Source: Owenia fusiformis (Eukaryota). Taken from it: DNA of 64,000 nucleotides. A program made the position numbers and the translations under genes. Below, piece by piece: positions 51,043-63,099 of the stretch. The notes below the pieces were generated by a model that did not search any database, was not told the origin of the DNA, and was given only the letters and a program-made list of their open reading frames with translations. Numbering within the stretch: the stretch's first letter is position 1; the number at the start of each line of letters is the position of its first letter. The stretch covers positions 48,298,001-48,362,000 of the forward strand of contig CAIIXF020000001.1 of the NCBI GenBank assembly GCA_903813345.2, read 5' to 3'.

Positions 51043-51633
51043 TATAATGCAAAGTCTGCTTCACTTTCACCCTATGGAGACTATGTGTACATAAGACACT
51101 TGCTGCAGATAACATGATTGATGCAGAATGTATTAAACCTCCAACACATAGTTTTTGAAATTGAAGTTTTTATATTATATTATCATTCTCAGCCTTCATA
51201 CAGTATTGATGGAGCTACCCCTTAACACATACAGCAAATAACACTGAACAAACTTGGAACTACGTGTAAAATAAGTTGATATGAGGTATTAGCAATATCA
51301 TATCCCAATCCTAGGATTATGTATCGATATATGGGTTTGACATATGTAGGAAAAAGGTTTAAAGGCCCCATGTAAAGTTTGAAAATATAGTTTAACCTTT
51401 CAAATATTACTTTCCAAAACTAAAATTTTAAAGCATTTTAAAAAGTGTGTGATGTCAGGATAATATGCTGTGATGTCAATCAGGTGGCAAAAAATGTTTT
51501 CAAAAAATTGTTAATCTTTTTTCTTGTGCAAATAATTTCTAATAATGCTGAACTTTCAAAATAAAGCAATATTGCCTGTGGGTTACATTATTGCATGCAA
51601 TAATCTGCAGCTGCCCAGGCTTGTACTTTTAAG

Positions 51634-51833
51634 AACAAGGCACAGGGTGAACAATATTGTACCAGTGTGTGCAAGATGGCCGCCGAAAAGTTAATCAGCT
51701 CTGGAACTTCTTACAATGTAACATGTGTGAAAATCCGTCATGTGGTTTTCCCTGAATCGTGATAACAAGAAAAGTGAGACGATGCCCGTCAAGCTGACGA
51801 CAATATTGTACCTTTTTTTAGGTATGATAAAAA
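51634..51833 (+). mobile_element. Short DINE-1/HINE-like element related to 14082-15166
   Basis: AACAAGGCACAG...ACAATATTGTACC at both ends, CCCGTCAAGCTGAC, and a 3' hairpin. Confidence 0.7.
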
Positions 51834-54140
51834 CTATGACTAAATAAGCGCACGGCAAATGGCCGATATATAAAATTCTTGTTTAGTAACTTACCATTAT
51901 GTTCAAGTGGATCTCCATATTCATCGAGGGTGACTTCATGTTTCTCTAGACAACGTTCACACATTGCACCTGTGCTAGGTTTTCTACATGTGTTGTTAAG
52001 GATGCAGTCATTAGGAAACATACATGTGTTACACAGATGAACATGTGTATCTGAAATGATATTATTCAAAGGTTATCATAAATGGTTGGTATATAGATTC
52101 CTTTAAACTATTACTTTTTTTTAAAAACAGGTCAATCACTAGCCTTGCCCGAGTCGGTATTTTTTGCTTTTCTGATCTTGAATTATTACTGCCTTGTACA
52201 ATCTAATACATCTCCGCTGATATTATAAGTTAATCAGCAGTTTCGAGATTTCCATAATTCCTACACTGGCAGGGGTATCGCGAAACCGCATTGATTGACA
52301 GATCGCACGACTTGTGACATCAGGCTGATTGACCAATGAAAACATTTTCAGGTTTACCCTCATAAGCAAAGCAAACTACCCGTCTACGACTTGAAATTCA
52401 ATGATCTGATCGAGTATTTTTTCAGTCTTCACAGTTACAATAGAAAATGGTTGACAAAGAAACTCACCTCCATGTATGTCTGTAAAGTTAGAATTGGGGT
52501 CACATTTTATTCCAATAGATAGTTTTTCATGGCCATCAGCTGCATGAAGAAAACAGATGACTGCTACCGTCCCTAGTATCCAGGATTGCAACATTATAGT
52601 CTAACAACCTAGAAAATATACAATAGAAAATTGTTTTGGCTTATATTACAAGCCAATGACGTGTGCATTAATGATTAACTTTCCTGTTATCTCAAAATCT
52701 GCTTGGAACTATACTATTGGATTACTATGGGAAATTCCTCAAAGAGAAAATTCTTGGGATTAAGGAAGGGGGACTAGAGGGCTCCCCAAGAGGGGGCAGT
52801 GAGGTCGCATTAGTCACTTTTAAATTTTCAAAATTGTATGTCACATTTAAAATTTACTTATCATATTTTGTCAGTTTTATTCCTTTTTAGTCAGTCAAAG
52901 AATTTAATGCAACAAATGGTTTGTTATGTTCCATTTTTTGATTACATTTACTTGCATATATTTACATTCAGAACAAATTTTCTATTTTTGCATGGGGTTT
53001 CAACCTTTATTGAAAGCCCATGATTTTTGTCAATTCTCAAAACACTTGTCAGTCAGATGAGTGTTCAAAATTGTCACATGAACAGTGGGAGACTTAAATA
53101 AACCTCAACCATCAAAAGTTATCACAATGAGCTAAATTCTAAGTTTCATGTCTCAAACTCGCCCAAGCGGTAGAAAAATAATTCCCGTTCACTTTAAGTA
53201 GCACAATAAATGAATCCAAAGCTTCATACCTGCAAATGATGGATAAATTCCTACCAAATCAAACACGTGATTTCATGGATCTCCATGTTTGTGATCCAAG
53301 GAGGATTGACTCCCAGAATGCAACATCAGTTCACCTTATTTACTCGTGACAGGTTTCAAAATGGCAGAACGGCATTTTGAAAGCTGTCACGTGTCATGTT
53401 GTATTCTGGGAGCCAATCCTCCTTGCGGCGTAATCGGGCTCCAAAATCACCTCAACATTTGAAGAGTCGCCATTAACATGTGAATATCACTTCAAATTTT
53501 TAAGTTCTTATTTGTCATTATGGACCCAAATTCCACTATATTTGTACGTTTCGGGACGGAGAAAATAGAGCACTCAATTCACTGAGGTAAGAATTTATGA
53601 CATGTGTGACAGAATGTCTTTTTCAAAGTGTTAGTAATTATTTATGTTCACCACTTTAAGGATATATTTGTCACATTTGTTCGTTTCTAAATACCCCAAA
53701 GTCACATTTATAGGGGCCAGGTCGCCTTATCACATCCCCCTTGAGGAGCCCCAACAAGGCTAGAGCATGATCTTATGATGATGAACTCTCACTGACTCAC
53801 TCCAGGAGGGGGGGTACTGCCATATATTGGCTATATGGGGATGTGCCGGTAAAGTGGGTCACGTTTTGGCCAAAAAATCCCTAGATGTGGGTCCCATTTA
53901 GAAGAAAAAAACTAGATCTGGGTATGGGTCCCATTTTGATGAAAAAATCCCTAGAACACGATGGGTCCTAAAACTGGGTCCTGTTTGAAAAAAATCGCCG
54001 GAAGTGGGTCTTGTTTTTTAAAAATTAGTCTACCTTGAAGTGGGTCTTTTTTTGAAAGAAAACCCCTAGATGTGGGTCAATTTTTTGAGAAAAAATTCCT
54101 AGATCAGATGTGGGTAGATATTTTCAGTCCTGGCGGCACC

Positions 54141-55544
54141 CTAGACTGTATCCTTCGTCTGAATAAATATTCAGACTGTAAGTCACCTATTGTAAAATGT
54201 GGTGTTGTATAAATGTTACAAATAAGTTTGTTTAATGATAAAATGATTACCTTATAAAGAACTTACAGTGCTGATATATAATAATTAAGGGTGCGTTTTC
54301 AAACTAAACAGAGTGCTCCTATCAAAATGAATTTGCCTACATACCCCTGGGACTCTAATCTGATAGATAGAATGCACAAATAAAACAAAAGTTTTGCTAT
54401 TATAGGTAAAAAGTTCTCTTGAAATTTCGGAGTGATTTTACCTGTTAATTCTGTCCATGGTCCGCCATTTTTGCGGAAGTTACACTGAAACGCAAACTCC
54501 ATGAAACGAAACGAAATCACTAGAAAAAACATGGCACACATTGTGCGCATGTGCAGCAAAGTTTAGACCAATCAGATTATTTGATTATTTTGCGCACATG
54601 AATTATTTGCTTCTGAGCACTTACAAGCTTACCACAATAAACAAACCTGGCAGAGACTACCCTTAGCCTACTCCATTTTGGCGAAATTTCAGCTCAAACT
54701 CGTGACAAATGCATTATACATACGCTGGTGTGAAGCCTTGGAGACACTCATTTTGGTAAATATGATTTATGGGGTATACTTTTCTGCAGTTTGTGGGAGT
54801 TTGGAACATTAAATGTTAAAATTCAAGAAAATATGCCAATTAAACGACTGATCAATTAATATATACCAGCACTGTACATTATTATTTTTTCGTATATTGT
54901 CCTCTTACTGAAGATATTCATAAAATGTACAGACGCTTTTTGTAGCGAAGCCATTGATTAGGTCAAGCCATTTTGGCAATGCCAATTCTCACGATAAACG
55001 AGATTTAGCCAGTGACGTCAGTCTATTTGTAAACAATAACACGTGGAGCGGACGGAGCAACATTACGGAAGCGTATTGATAAATTCCATTTCTGCGGGAA
55101 TTTATTAGATCTAGTCATTTATTATCATTATCCCGATTAATTTTCTTCATTTATAGTAAATAGAGCGGAAATATTCATGAAGAAGGCCGAGGTAATCAAG
55201 TGGTCATGTGTTGTCAAAGTTCAAAAAATTTCCATATCTCGTTTGGATCTCGTGAACTCAAACGTCCTTGACATTGATTTCGCGATCTACTTATGAACAC
55301 ATCCTGAAGTTTTGGTGAGTCTGAACATTTCATTATTTTATATCAACTTGTACCCGCCTTATACAAATATTTTTGCTTCTAGTTTAAGATGAACATCTCT
55401 TCAACATATTCACCAATTTTCAAGGTGAACATTCTTGTAATAAACGAGAAATTAATGTGCAAAAAATATCACCGCGATTTCCACAGGAAATATATCAATC
55501 ATAACAGACCGAATATTATATTCGGTCTGTTGGATACATACTAG
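54141..55544. mobile_element. Nested DNA transposon with CTAG termini
   Basis: CTAGACTGTATCC / GGATACATACTAG; GCGGCACC duplicated at 54133-54140 and 55545-55552. Confidence 0.8.
54264..54876. mobile_element. Nested Tc1-like MITE
   Basis: TA|CAGTGCTGATATATA / TATATACCAGCACTG|TA. Confidence 0.75.
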
Positions 55545-55966
55545 GCGGCACCCCCCTGAACGGACCTCTGCCAGATTACCTCTTCTTCAGTGGTGTCTAG
55601 GCTCAATAAATATACCCATTTATCCTTTGAGCCTAAGCTTACTACCAATAATGGGAGCTGGATCTGGCTCCGGATCTGTGCCCGCCCGTGTACAAAAAAT
55701 TGACCAGTACCCCCCCCCCCCCCCCGGGACTCACTAAAACTGTGAACACTTACTTTTTCTATGGGATATAAAGTTCAAGTAGAAACAGATACTTACAATT
55801 TCTAACCTATGTAAGGACTCTATAAAAGATCACCGTAAAGGAGAAATTGATAAAAACAGCAAAATAGTGCTTTTCAATTTTGTGTATGGCCTCGTTCTGA
55901 ACTATCAGTAAGGCGGATGAATCTAAAAATAGTTCCTTTCTTTCCTTAATTATTTTCATTCACATC

Positions 55967-56110
55967 GTTGGCCATGACAACATTTTTTAAAAACATCAAT
56001 CAAATTAATTTGATTTACCTTATTTGGGAACATATCTGAACAATCTTTGCGCAGGAATAGTAAAACAACATCTTGAAACTATATTCAATAGCCCAAGAAC
56101 ATTTGTTTAC
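55967..56110 (+). promoter_or_regulatory. Candidate RFX X-box and forkhead site upstream of the LRR gene
   Basis: GTTGGCCATGACAAC at 55967-55981 and TGTTTAC at 56104-56110, within 180 bp of the ATG at 56146. Confidence 0.45.
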
Positions 56111-56145
56111 ATCCGGTGTTCTTTGGCACTAAAAAGTCATGAAAT

Positions 56146-56163
56146 ATGCGAATAACTGCACAG
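56146..56163 (+). CDS. LRR gene exon 1 (MRITAQ)
   Basis: ATG at 56146, CAG|GTTTGA donor, 76-bp intron, phase 0 fit to the next exon. Confidence 0.55.
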
Positions 56164-56239
56164 GTTTGATACGTTATTTTCTGAGTATATTGGATTTTAT
56201 CATATTTAGCAATTCCTTCATATATTGTTTTAATTTTAG

Positions 56240-56309
56240 GTGATTCGCTCTCGAGCCAAAAAGGCACTACATTCAGTAGAGTATCTCGATATAAGCAATC
56301 TTGAAATTG
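56240..56309 (+). CDS. LRR gene exon 2 (VIRSRAKKALHSVEYLDISNLEI)
   Basis: TTTTAG|GTG...ATTG|GTAAGT; phase 1 out, matching the acceptor at 62575; contains the first LxxLxLSxxxI unit. Confidence 0.8.
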
Positions 56310-56704
56310 GTAAGTTTCCTCATTTATCATTTCTTGTTCATAAGCAATTTTAGCAGGGCCTAAATAAGGCTAATGGAATATAAGTTATAACAAGACTGAG
56401 ACCTCTCTAAGGATAATAAACGCTTTAATCAGAAAATCAATGTAATCCAGAAAGTAAGTACAGTTTCTGGTGCCTGTCATCATCATCATCATTTAGAAGA
56501 TACATGTACATGATTCGATCAATTTTACTGATCACTAGCCTATATCGCAGTCTAGTACAAAAAAGTTAAAAAATGAACATCAACAACAAGTTCATGAACT
56601 TAAAACAGTGTTAGGTAATAAAAAGCTAAAACAATCAGTTAAAAGACAATATAAGATTAAGGCATTAGTGAGCCTTACTAAATGTATATTTGCACATAGC
56701 CATC

Positions 56705-59700
56705 ATTTAGATTGATCATCAATCAGGAAGAAGCTAGTGCCTATAATGATTGAATCCAGGAGAGCCGGGGCAAAAGCTGTCCTCAATGGTGACAAGTTGT
56801 ACATAAATAATGTCTTGTACACTGGTCCACTAACACCACCAAGTGCAAATATGCAAATTGCACCAAGTGCAAGTTCATCATTTACACCACCAGGTGCAAA
56901 CAAGTCAGTTGCACCAAGTGCAAGTTCACCTACTATACAGGGTCCTAGTGCACTCACATTAACTGATCAACTCTAGTAATGTTCATTCTATTTGTATGAC
57001 TCTAACTAGGATGTAAACTTTGACTACAAATGGTACATCCCAAACATTTTTCTGCAACCAGAAACTTTTTGGCAATTGTCCATTGCCTATGATTATAAGG
57101 TGGACAATCCTAACACTGAGTTATTTTTACATTGCAACCTAGTATATTCACTCCATGCTATATTATTACAATATTGCAATATTGACATTGAGTTGAGTGG
57201 TTTTTGTTTTGTTTTTTTTGTGAAAATGAATCACAGTGAATTTGCTTGGAGAACCCTTAAAACTTGATAATAAAGTGTCTTTACAAGGACCTTACAATTA
57301 AATTGTCTGTGATATTGTTATAGGAAAGACTGTATTTTTCTCATTTCTACATGAATTCAAATTATTGTTCATATTGTAAATTTGTTATGATAAACAGGAA
57401 TTTGATGGATGTTCAGAGTTTGTTTTTTTCTTTCTTTGAGTGAATTTGGTAAACAGACAAATTGGTTGTTAGGGCCTTATATGGAAGTGTGATCTGAATA
57501 TTGGGCTTTATTAATGACCCTTGCCTAAAATGTAAGGTATCAAATAGTCATGTTTCTTTCAAAATAATGATTTTGGGAGAGGGAAATTAAATTTTGTATA
57601 TAATCACTTTTCTATCATCAAATTATTCGTGCATGGTTTGATATCAGTAATGAAATATTTACTAATGAACTATATTTAAACCTGTCACATATTACATATT
57701 ATATTATAGCAATTAGAATTTGAAAATTTCTCAGGAGCTAGAAATTCACTATTGCCTATGATCACTTATACACTTTTGGTTCTACGTGGTGGTGAGTTGT
57801 GGATGAACTTTGTGTATATATCCTCTTATGGTTGAGTCAAATGCTGATGTATGGAAGGAATTGCCATTTTTTGATGTAATTGATGAAAATCAATTTCTTG
57901 AAATTGTCCCCCATGGAAATTTGATGGAAATGTTTGAAAATAGAATCTTCAATCCAACATTAGAAAACTTAACAATTGCTGAAGAAGCAAATACTTTATT
58001 CAATGACAATGTGAATGAAGGGATTTTAAATTGCAATTATAGAACATTAAATCAACTTGAATCAATATTAAATACAAATGCAAATCATGATTTCTCTATA
58101 ATTCACTTCAACACTCGTAGCCTTCCCAGTAAAGTAAATGATATTAGATTATTTCTTGCTCAAATGGCTAAAAATTTACCGAAAGTGATTGTCTTGTCTG
58201 AAACATGGCTGCAAGATGGTACAGAAAGTACATACAATCCACTATTTTCAAATTACAATGCTTTTTATCGTTCTAGGAAAGACAAACAAGGTGGTGGTGT
58301 AGCTATTTTTACCTTAAAAAATATTAATGTCAAGTCCAGATCAGATCTAAAGTTTGATGATGTTAATTGTGATTCCCTATCAGTAGAAATATTAAATAAT
58401 TCTTCAAAAAACATTTTAATTACTGCCATTTATAAACCACCACAAATAGACATAAATGAATTCAATATCAACTTAAAGGCTTTCATGACTAAAGTAGACG
58501 AGTCTAAGAAGTTATCAGTTTTGGCTGGGGATTTCAACATTGACCTTTTTAAGCATGAATTACATGACCCCACTAAAGACTTCTTGAACTTGCTTTATTC
58601 ATTTAACCACCATCCCCTTATTTACCGTCCAACTAGAGTAACATCCCACTCTGCTACACTAATTGATAATATTTTTACTAATATAAATAACATAAAGCAT
58701 GGTGATGTAATAATTATGGACATATCTGATCATTTTCCTCTATTTGCATTAACTAGTACTGTATTGAGGAAGTCCACAAGCAAAGAAATTTCATATAGAA
58801 TTTTTGATAAGCGGAGTATTGGAAATTTCAAACAAAAGTTGAGTGTTTTAAACTGGGATATTTTGCAAACTACCGATGATGTAAATGATTGCTTCGAAAT
58901 ATTTTCAGATATTTTTCAAAACATATACAATGAATCTTTTCCTCTTAAATTAAAGAAAGTGAAACTTTTTGTTGATACTTCTAAGCCATGGATTACAAAT
59001 GGGATTATCACATCAGCCAAGCAAAAAAATAATCTTTATCGTAAATTTATGAAGACCCCTAGTGAAGAAAATGAAAGAAACTATAAAATATATAAAGCAA
59101 GGTTCAGAGCTATTTTGAGAGCTGTAGAAAAAACCCACTATCGGAATCAATTTGAAACTGCATCTGGAAATATTAAACAAACCTGGAATATTATCTCTGA
59201 CATTTTAAATAGAAAAAAACTTCATACAGTGGTTCAAAACGAATTTCTGGTCGATGGTATTGCAGTAAATGATAAAAAGTTGATTGCCAATAAATTCAAC
59301 TCATTTTTTTCTTCAATTGGATTAAAATTAAGTTCTAAAATTCCAGAGTCAAACAGAACACCAAATGAATATATTAGTAATATGGGACATTTTGAAAATA
59401 GATTTCACTTAACACCAGTTGATGAAACAGAATTGTCATTATTAATACAAACTTTGAAAGATAAGGCAGCATCTCTTGATAATATTAAACCGATTATTGT
59501 AAAACATGCTAAAAATGAACTTATACAGCCTTTACTTTTGATATTCAATAAATCCTTTCAACAGGGAATTTTCCCGGATAAACTCAAAATAGCTAAGGTA
59601 ACACCAATTTTCAAAAAAGGACAAAAAGACAATTTCTCAAACTATAGACCAATTTCAGTCTTGCCAGTTTTTTCTAAACTTCTAGAAAAACTTATTAACT

Positions 59701-61212
59701 TCAGGCTCTGTAATTTTATCACAGAAAATGAAATATTATATATTCATCAGTATGGCTTTCAGAAAAATGTCTCTACCTTTATGGCAATCTTAACTTTTGT
59801 TGAAAACATACGACATGCGCTGGAGAACAATGAATATTCACTTGGTATTTTTTTAGACTTGTCTAAAGCCTTTGACACTATTAATCATAAAATCCTTCTA
59901 GATAAATTAAATTTTTATGGAATTCAAGGGTCTGAACTATCTCTTTTTAAATCATATCTAAAAGATCGAACGCAAATTGTATCATATAACAATATTGACT
60001 CTGATCTACAAAGTATATCATGCGGTGTGCCACAGGGCTCAGTCCTTGGGCCGACATTATTCATATTATATGTAAATGACATGTTTAAGGTTTCCAATAT
60101 TCTAAAAAGCGTAATATTTGCTGACGACACTAATTTGTTGGCCTCAGATAAATATTTGAAATCTCTAATAGAAAAGGTTAATAATGAACTTGATCTTATG
60201 GACGATTGGTTCAAAGCAAATAAATTGTCAATAAACTATTCTAAAACAAAATTTATCTTGTTCAATAAACAGAAACGACAAATCTTTAGAGATATTAAAA
60301 TTGATATGTCCGGGAAACAAATTGAAAGAGTAAAATCTATCAACTTTTTAGGTGTCATTGTTGATGAACATATTACCTGGAAAGAACATATTAAACATAT
60401 AGAAGCAAAAATATCCAGAACAATTGGTCTCTTATATAAGATTCGCCACCTATTGAATAAAACAAGTCTTTTGGCAATCTATAATTCCCTGATATACTCA
60501 CATATAAATTACTGTAATTTAATATGGGGTGGCCATAGCAATGCTCATACAAATGAGCTGCATTCCCTACTTCTATTTCAAAAGAGATTCCTTCGAATAT
60601 TAGACAACCAGCCAAGAATGGCACATTCAGCACCTCTCTTTAAAAAGTACAACATTTTACCTGTAAACCAGGTGTATGAATTTAATGTTTCGAATTTTGT
60701 CTATTGTTGTATTTACCAGGAACCTGTTTATTCGAAACTATATAATGATTATTTTAATCAAAATGAATATTTTCACAATTATCCTACCAGAAGAAGTCAT
60801 GATTTACATGCTAGGGCTTACAAAACAAAAATAGGGTTATATTCAATCAAAGTACAGGGTCCAAGAATCTGGAATTCTATCTCAGATCATGTCAGATTTT
60901 TGCCTTCTTTACTTCAATTTAAAATGACTAGAAAGAAAAACTTAATTGCTGAAATATAATTATATATTGTCACCTCATCTACCTTTCCATCCATACATTT
61001 TTCCTAAACCGAAATAGAGTTAACACAATTGGCAGCCACAACCCACCACCACTAGCCATAAGTTAGATGCATACATATGCTATCAATATGTATAGTTATT
61101 ATTGAATTTTTCATTTTTGTCACTAAAACAACTTCATACACTTGTTAAAGTGTCAGTTGATGTATAATTTATGTATCATAGTTTGACAATAAAGTATGTA
61201 ACTAACTAAAAA
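56705..61212 (+). mobile_element. 5'-truncated LINE (CR1/L2-group) with ORF1 C-terminal remnant, inter-ORF spacer and intact ORF2
   Basis: ORF1 tail RKKLVPIM...AVLNGDKLYINNVLY (to 56976); ORF2 57810-60959; AATAAA at 61188 followed by a short TAAC/A tail. Confidence 0.9.
57828..60959 (+). CDS. LINE ORF2: apurinic-like endonuclease plus reverse transcriptase
   Basis: APE motifs HFNTRSL, LSETWL, GDFNID, IDNIF, SDHFP; RT motifs YRPISVLP, QYGF, FLDLSKAFD, GVPQGSVLGP, FADDT, FLGV; no stops. First ATG at 57828. Confidence 0.95.
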   Translation: MVESNADVWKELPFFDVIDENQFLEIVPHGNLMEMFENRIFNPTLENLTIAEEANTLFNDNVNEGILNCNYRTLNQLESILNTNANHDFSIIHFNTRSLPSKVNDIRLFLAQMAKNLPKVIVLSETWLQDGTESTYNPLFSNYNAFYRSRKDKQGGGVAIFTLKNINVKSRSDLKFDDVNCDSLSVEILNNSSKNILITAIYKPPQIDINEFNINLKAFMTKVDESKKLSVLAGDFNIDLFKHELHDPTKDFLNLLYSFNHHPLIYRPTRVTSHSATLIDNIFTNINNIKHGDVIIMDISDHFPLFALTSTVLRKSTSKEISYRIFDKRSIGNFKQKLSVLNWDILQTTDDVNDCFEIFSDIFQNIYNESFPLKLKKVKLFVDTSKPWITNGIITSAKQKNNLYRKFMKTPSEENERNYKIYKARFRAILRAVEKTHYRNQFETASGNIKQTWNIISDILNRKKLHTVVQNEFLVDGIAVNDKKLIANKFNSFFSSIGLKLSSKIPESNRTPNEYISNMGHFENRFHLTPVDETELSLLIQTLKDKAASLDNIKPIIVKHAKNELIQPLLLIFNKSFQQGIFPDKLKIAKVTPIFKKGQKDNFSNYRPISVLPVFSKLLEKLINFRLCNFITENEILYIHQYGFQKNVSTFMAILTFVENIRHALENNEYSLGIFLDLSKAFDTINHKILLDKLNFYGIQGSELSLFKSYLKDRTQIVSYNNIDSDLQSISCGVPQGSVLGPTLFILYVNDMFKVSNILKSVIFADDTNLLASDKYLKSLIEKVNNELDLMDDWFKANKLSINYSKTKFILFNKQKRQIFRDIKIDMSGKQIERVKSINFLGVIVDEHITWKEHIKHIEAKISRTIGLLYKIRHLLNKTSLLAIYNSLIYSHINYCNLIWGGHSNAHTNELHSLLLFQKRFLRILDNQPRMAHSAPLFKKYNILPVNQVYEFNVSNFVYCCIYQEPVYSKLYNDYFNQNEYFHNYPTRRSHDLHARAYKTKIGLYSIKVQGPRIWNSISDHVRFLPSLLQFKMTRKKNLIAEI

Positions 61213-61234
61213 GATGGCTATGTGCAAATATAGT

Positions 61235-62022
61235 AAAGTGAGCCCTTTGACTATACTTGAACTGGTCTAAGCTCTCTGACAATACACTGCTGTCAGGGAG
61301 TATATTCCACTCAGGTATTGTGCATGGGAAAAGGAATGGAGCATTGCATCTCAGGGGCGTAGCCAGCTTTCAGTCAGGGGGGGTGCGATCGCCGAAAATT
61401 TTTCAGTTTTCGGTCAGGGGGGGGGTGCGATTTTGCCATAAGCAACACAAAAATTTCAGATTTCTTTTGAATTTTACAAAAATTGATGCAACTTCCTTCA
61501 AAATTGAGCTAGAAGCTTCAAATAAAAAGCATTTTAAAGCTCTTTTCTACCTCTATCCAATGGTCATATTTTCAAAGGTTATGGGGGGGGTGCGATCGCA
61601 CCCCCCCCTGGCTACGCCCATGCATCTTACTAGAGTGAAGTAGGCCATCTGCTTTGTATGGCGTGGGGCCTTCCACAGGTGTCTTCTCAGCATGCCAAGA
61701 AGCTGGTTGCTCTTAGATATGGACTTGTCTATGTGCTGTCTCCATTTGAGGTTGTCTTGTAAGGTAACACCAAGGTAGCTAGCAAATGGTATATGCTCCA
61801 ATGTGTGTCCATTCATTTCATAGATTTTGGGATTCAACTTGGCAGTCCATTTGTCAGGATGAAACTTCATCAGCCAAGTTTTCTCCCATTCTACAGCTGC
61901 TTTTAGGTCTTCTTGCAGTAGAGTGGCATCTTGTGGTGTCTTTAGTTCTCTGTAAATGATGCTCTCATCAGCAAATAATCGGAGGGTTGTATGCTGTAGA
62001 GCATCTGGGAGGTTGTTGATAT
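61235..62022 (-). mobile_element. Old degenerate LINE RT 3' fragment
   Basis: INNLPDAL..LRLFADESIIYR...WLMKFHPDK...YLGVTLQDNLKW...TLVR, then after the MITE PCTIPEWNILPD...LDQFK. Confidence 0.85.
61352..61622. mobile_element. MITE with CAGGGGCGTAGCCAG TIRs inserted in the old LINE
   Basis: CAGGGGCGTAGCCAG / CTGGCTACGCCCATG; CATCT on both flanks. Confidence 0.85.
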
Positions 62023-62575
62023 CATGGGCTATATCTCATAGGCACACAATTTAACTTTTAATGTTACTTTATCGACATGAATAAGCTAAAATGTTTTACT
62101 CCTGCCCTGCTTGCTGATATACTGATGAGTGCATACACGATACCCGTCAGCTGGTACTCATTATCCCACTTTGATTTCCAGTTTTATTTTTGACCTGGTA
62201 GATCTAGGTATCTGTCATTTCAATTTGGAGGCTTGTTTTCTCATTTGTATTATCTCAACTATCTAACAAGGGTCATCACTTTATTAACCAAATCAAAATA
62301 TAAATATACAATTATTTTGACAAGGTTTACACTGTCAAGAAACACATTTGAAAAGAGAATTTCCTATAAAAATTGTATGTAATATTAGAATTCGGAGAAA
62401 GGTAAAAGGTAGAAAAGTTTAAACATTGTTTATAAATGTCATAATCATGAGTTCAGCTTATGTTACACAAATACTCTTCACTAGAACTAATTTATAAGTA
62501 TACTGTAGTAAGTAATGCCTCAACAATGTCTGCTACTGCTCTAAGATATCCAAGCTTTCATTTATGTACTCATAG

Positions 62576-62703
62576 CTGCCATTGAAAAGCTGAAAGCATG
62601 TCCAAAATTACAAAGCCTGTGGCTAAAGGGAAACAACATAGATTGTGTGGAGCGATTAGATTCCTGCCCACACCTTTGGTACCTGGACTTGTCACATAAC
62701 AAG
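62576..62703 (+). CDS. LRR gene exon 3 (AIEKLKACPKLQSLWLKGNNI...LWYLDLSHNK)
   Basis: CATAG|CT...AAG|GTAATG; two SDS22-like LRR units. Confidence 0.9.
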
Positions 62704-62942
62704 GTAATGATTTACACTGACTACAGGAGTATGTCCCCATGTTTTGTCAAAAATTTTTAGTTCTTATCGTCTCCCTCTGTTGTGTAAATATTACTAAAAT
62801 GAAGCATCATCTTGAAGAGTGTGTGATTATAGATTTGTAAACTTTCCAAACTGTACGTGTAATCTGTATTCAATTAACAAAACTGCAAATAAGTTGCCTT
62901 GTTGCATTTATTTAATTGCTAAAAGTATGTAGTTAATTTTAG

Positions 62943-63099
62943 GTGAGGAATCTAGAAGGATTATCCAAGTTTGTTGCCCTTGGAACCTTGATATTATCAA
63001 ACAATGAAATTCCTTGGCGAGAACTGGCACATTTACGCCATATGCATATTTTACATCTCAGTCTCCATGGCAACCCAGAGTTGGAAAAAGATCCATATT
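62943..63099 (+). CDS. LRR gene exon 4 (VRNLEGL...LILSNNEI...LSLHGNPELEKDPY)
   Basis: TTTTAG|GTG...TATT|GTAAGT; LRR units ending in LxGNP. Confidence 0.9.

Larger units (their letters stand above)
35159..52594 (-). pseudogene. Fragmentary and probably disrupted gene for a signal-peptide, Cys-rich, multi-pass membrane protein
   Basis: Signal-peptide exon from ATG 52594. Exon 52050-51895 (CNTC...CERC) splices in phase to exon 49353-49220 (GFHRVGSRCIEC plus a hydrophobic helix). Further hydrophobic coding-like pieces lie at ~46200-46022, 36115-35933 and 35386-35159. The first junction does not phase cleanly. Confidence 0.5.
53802..55727. mobile_element. MITE with poly-G/poly-C GGGGGGTACT ends and 8-bp TSD; host of two nested elements
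   Basis: TSD GACTCACT at 53794-53801 and 55728-55735; internal CCCTAGA..TGGGTC repeats. Confidence 0.85.
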
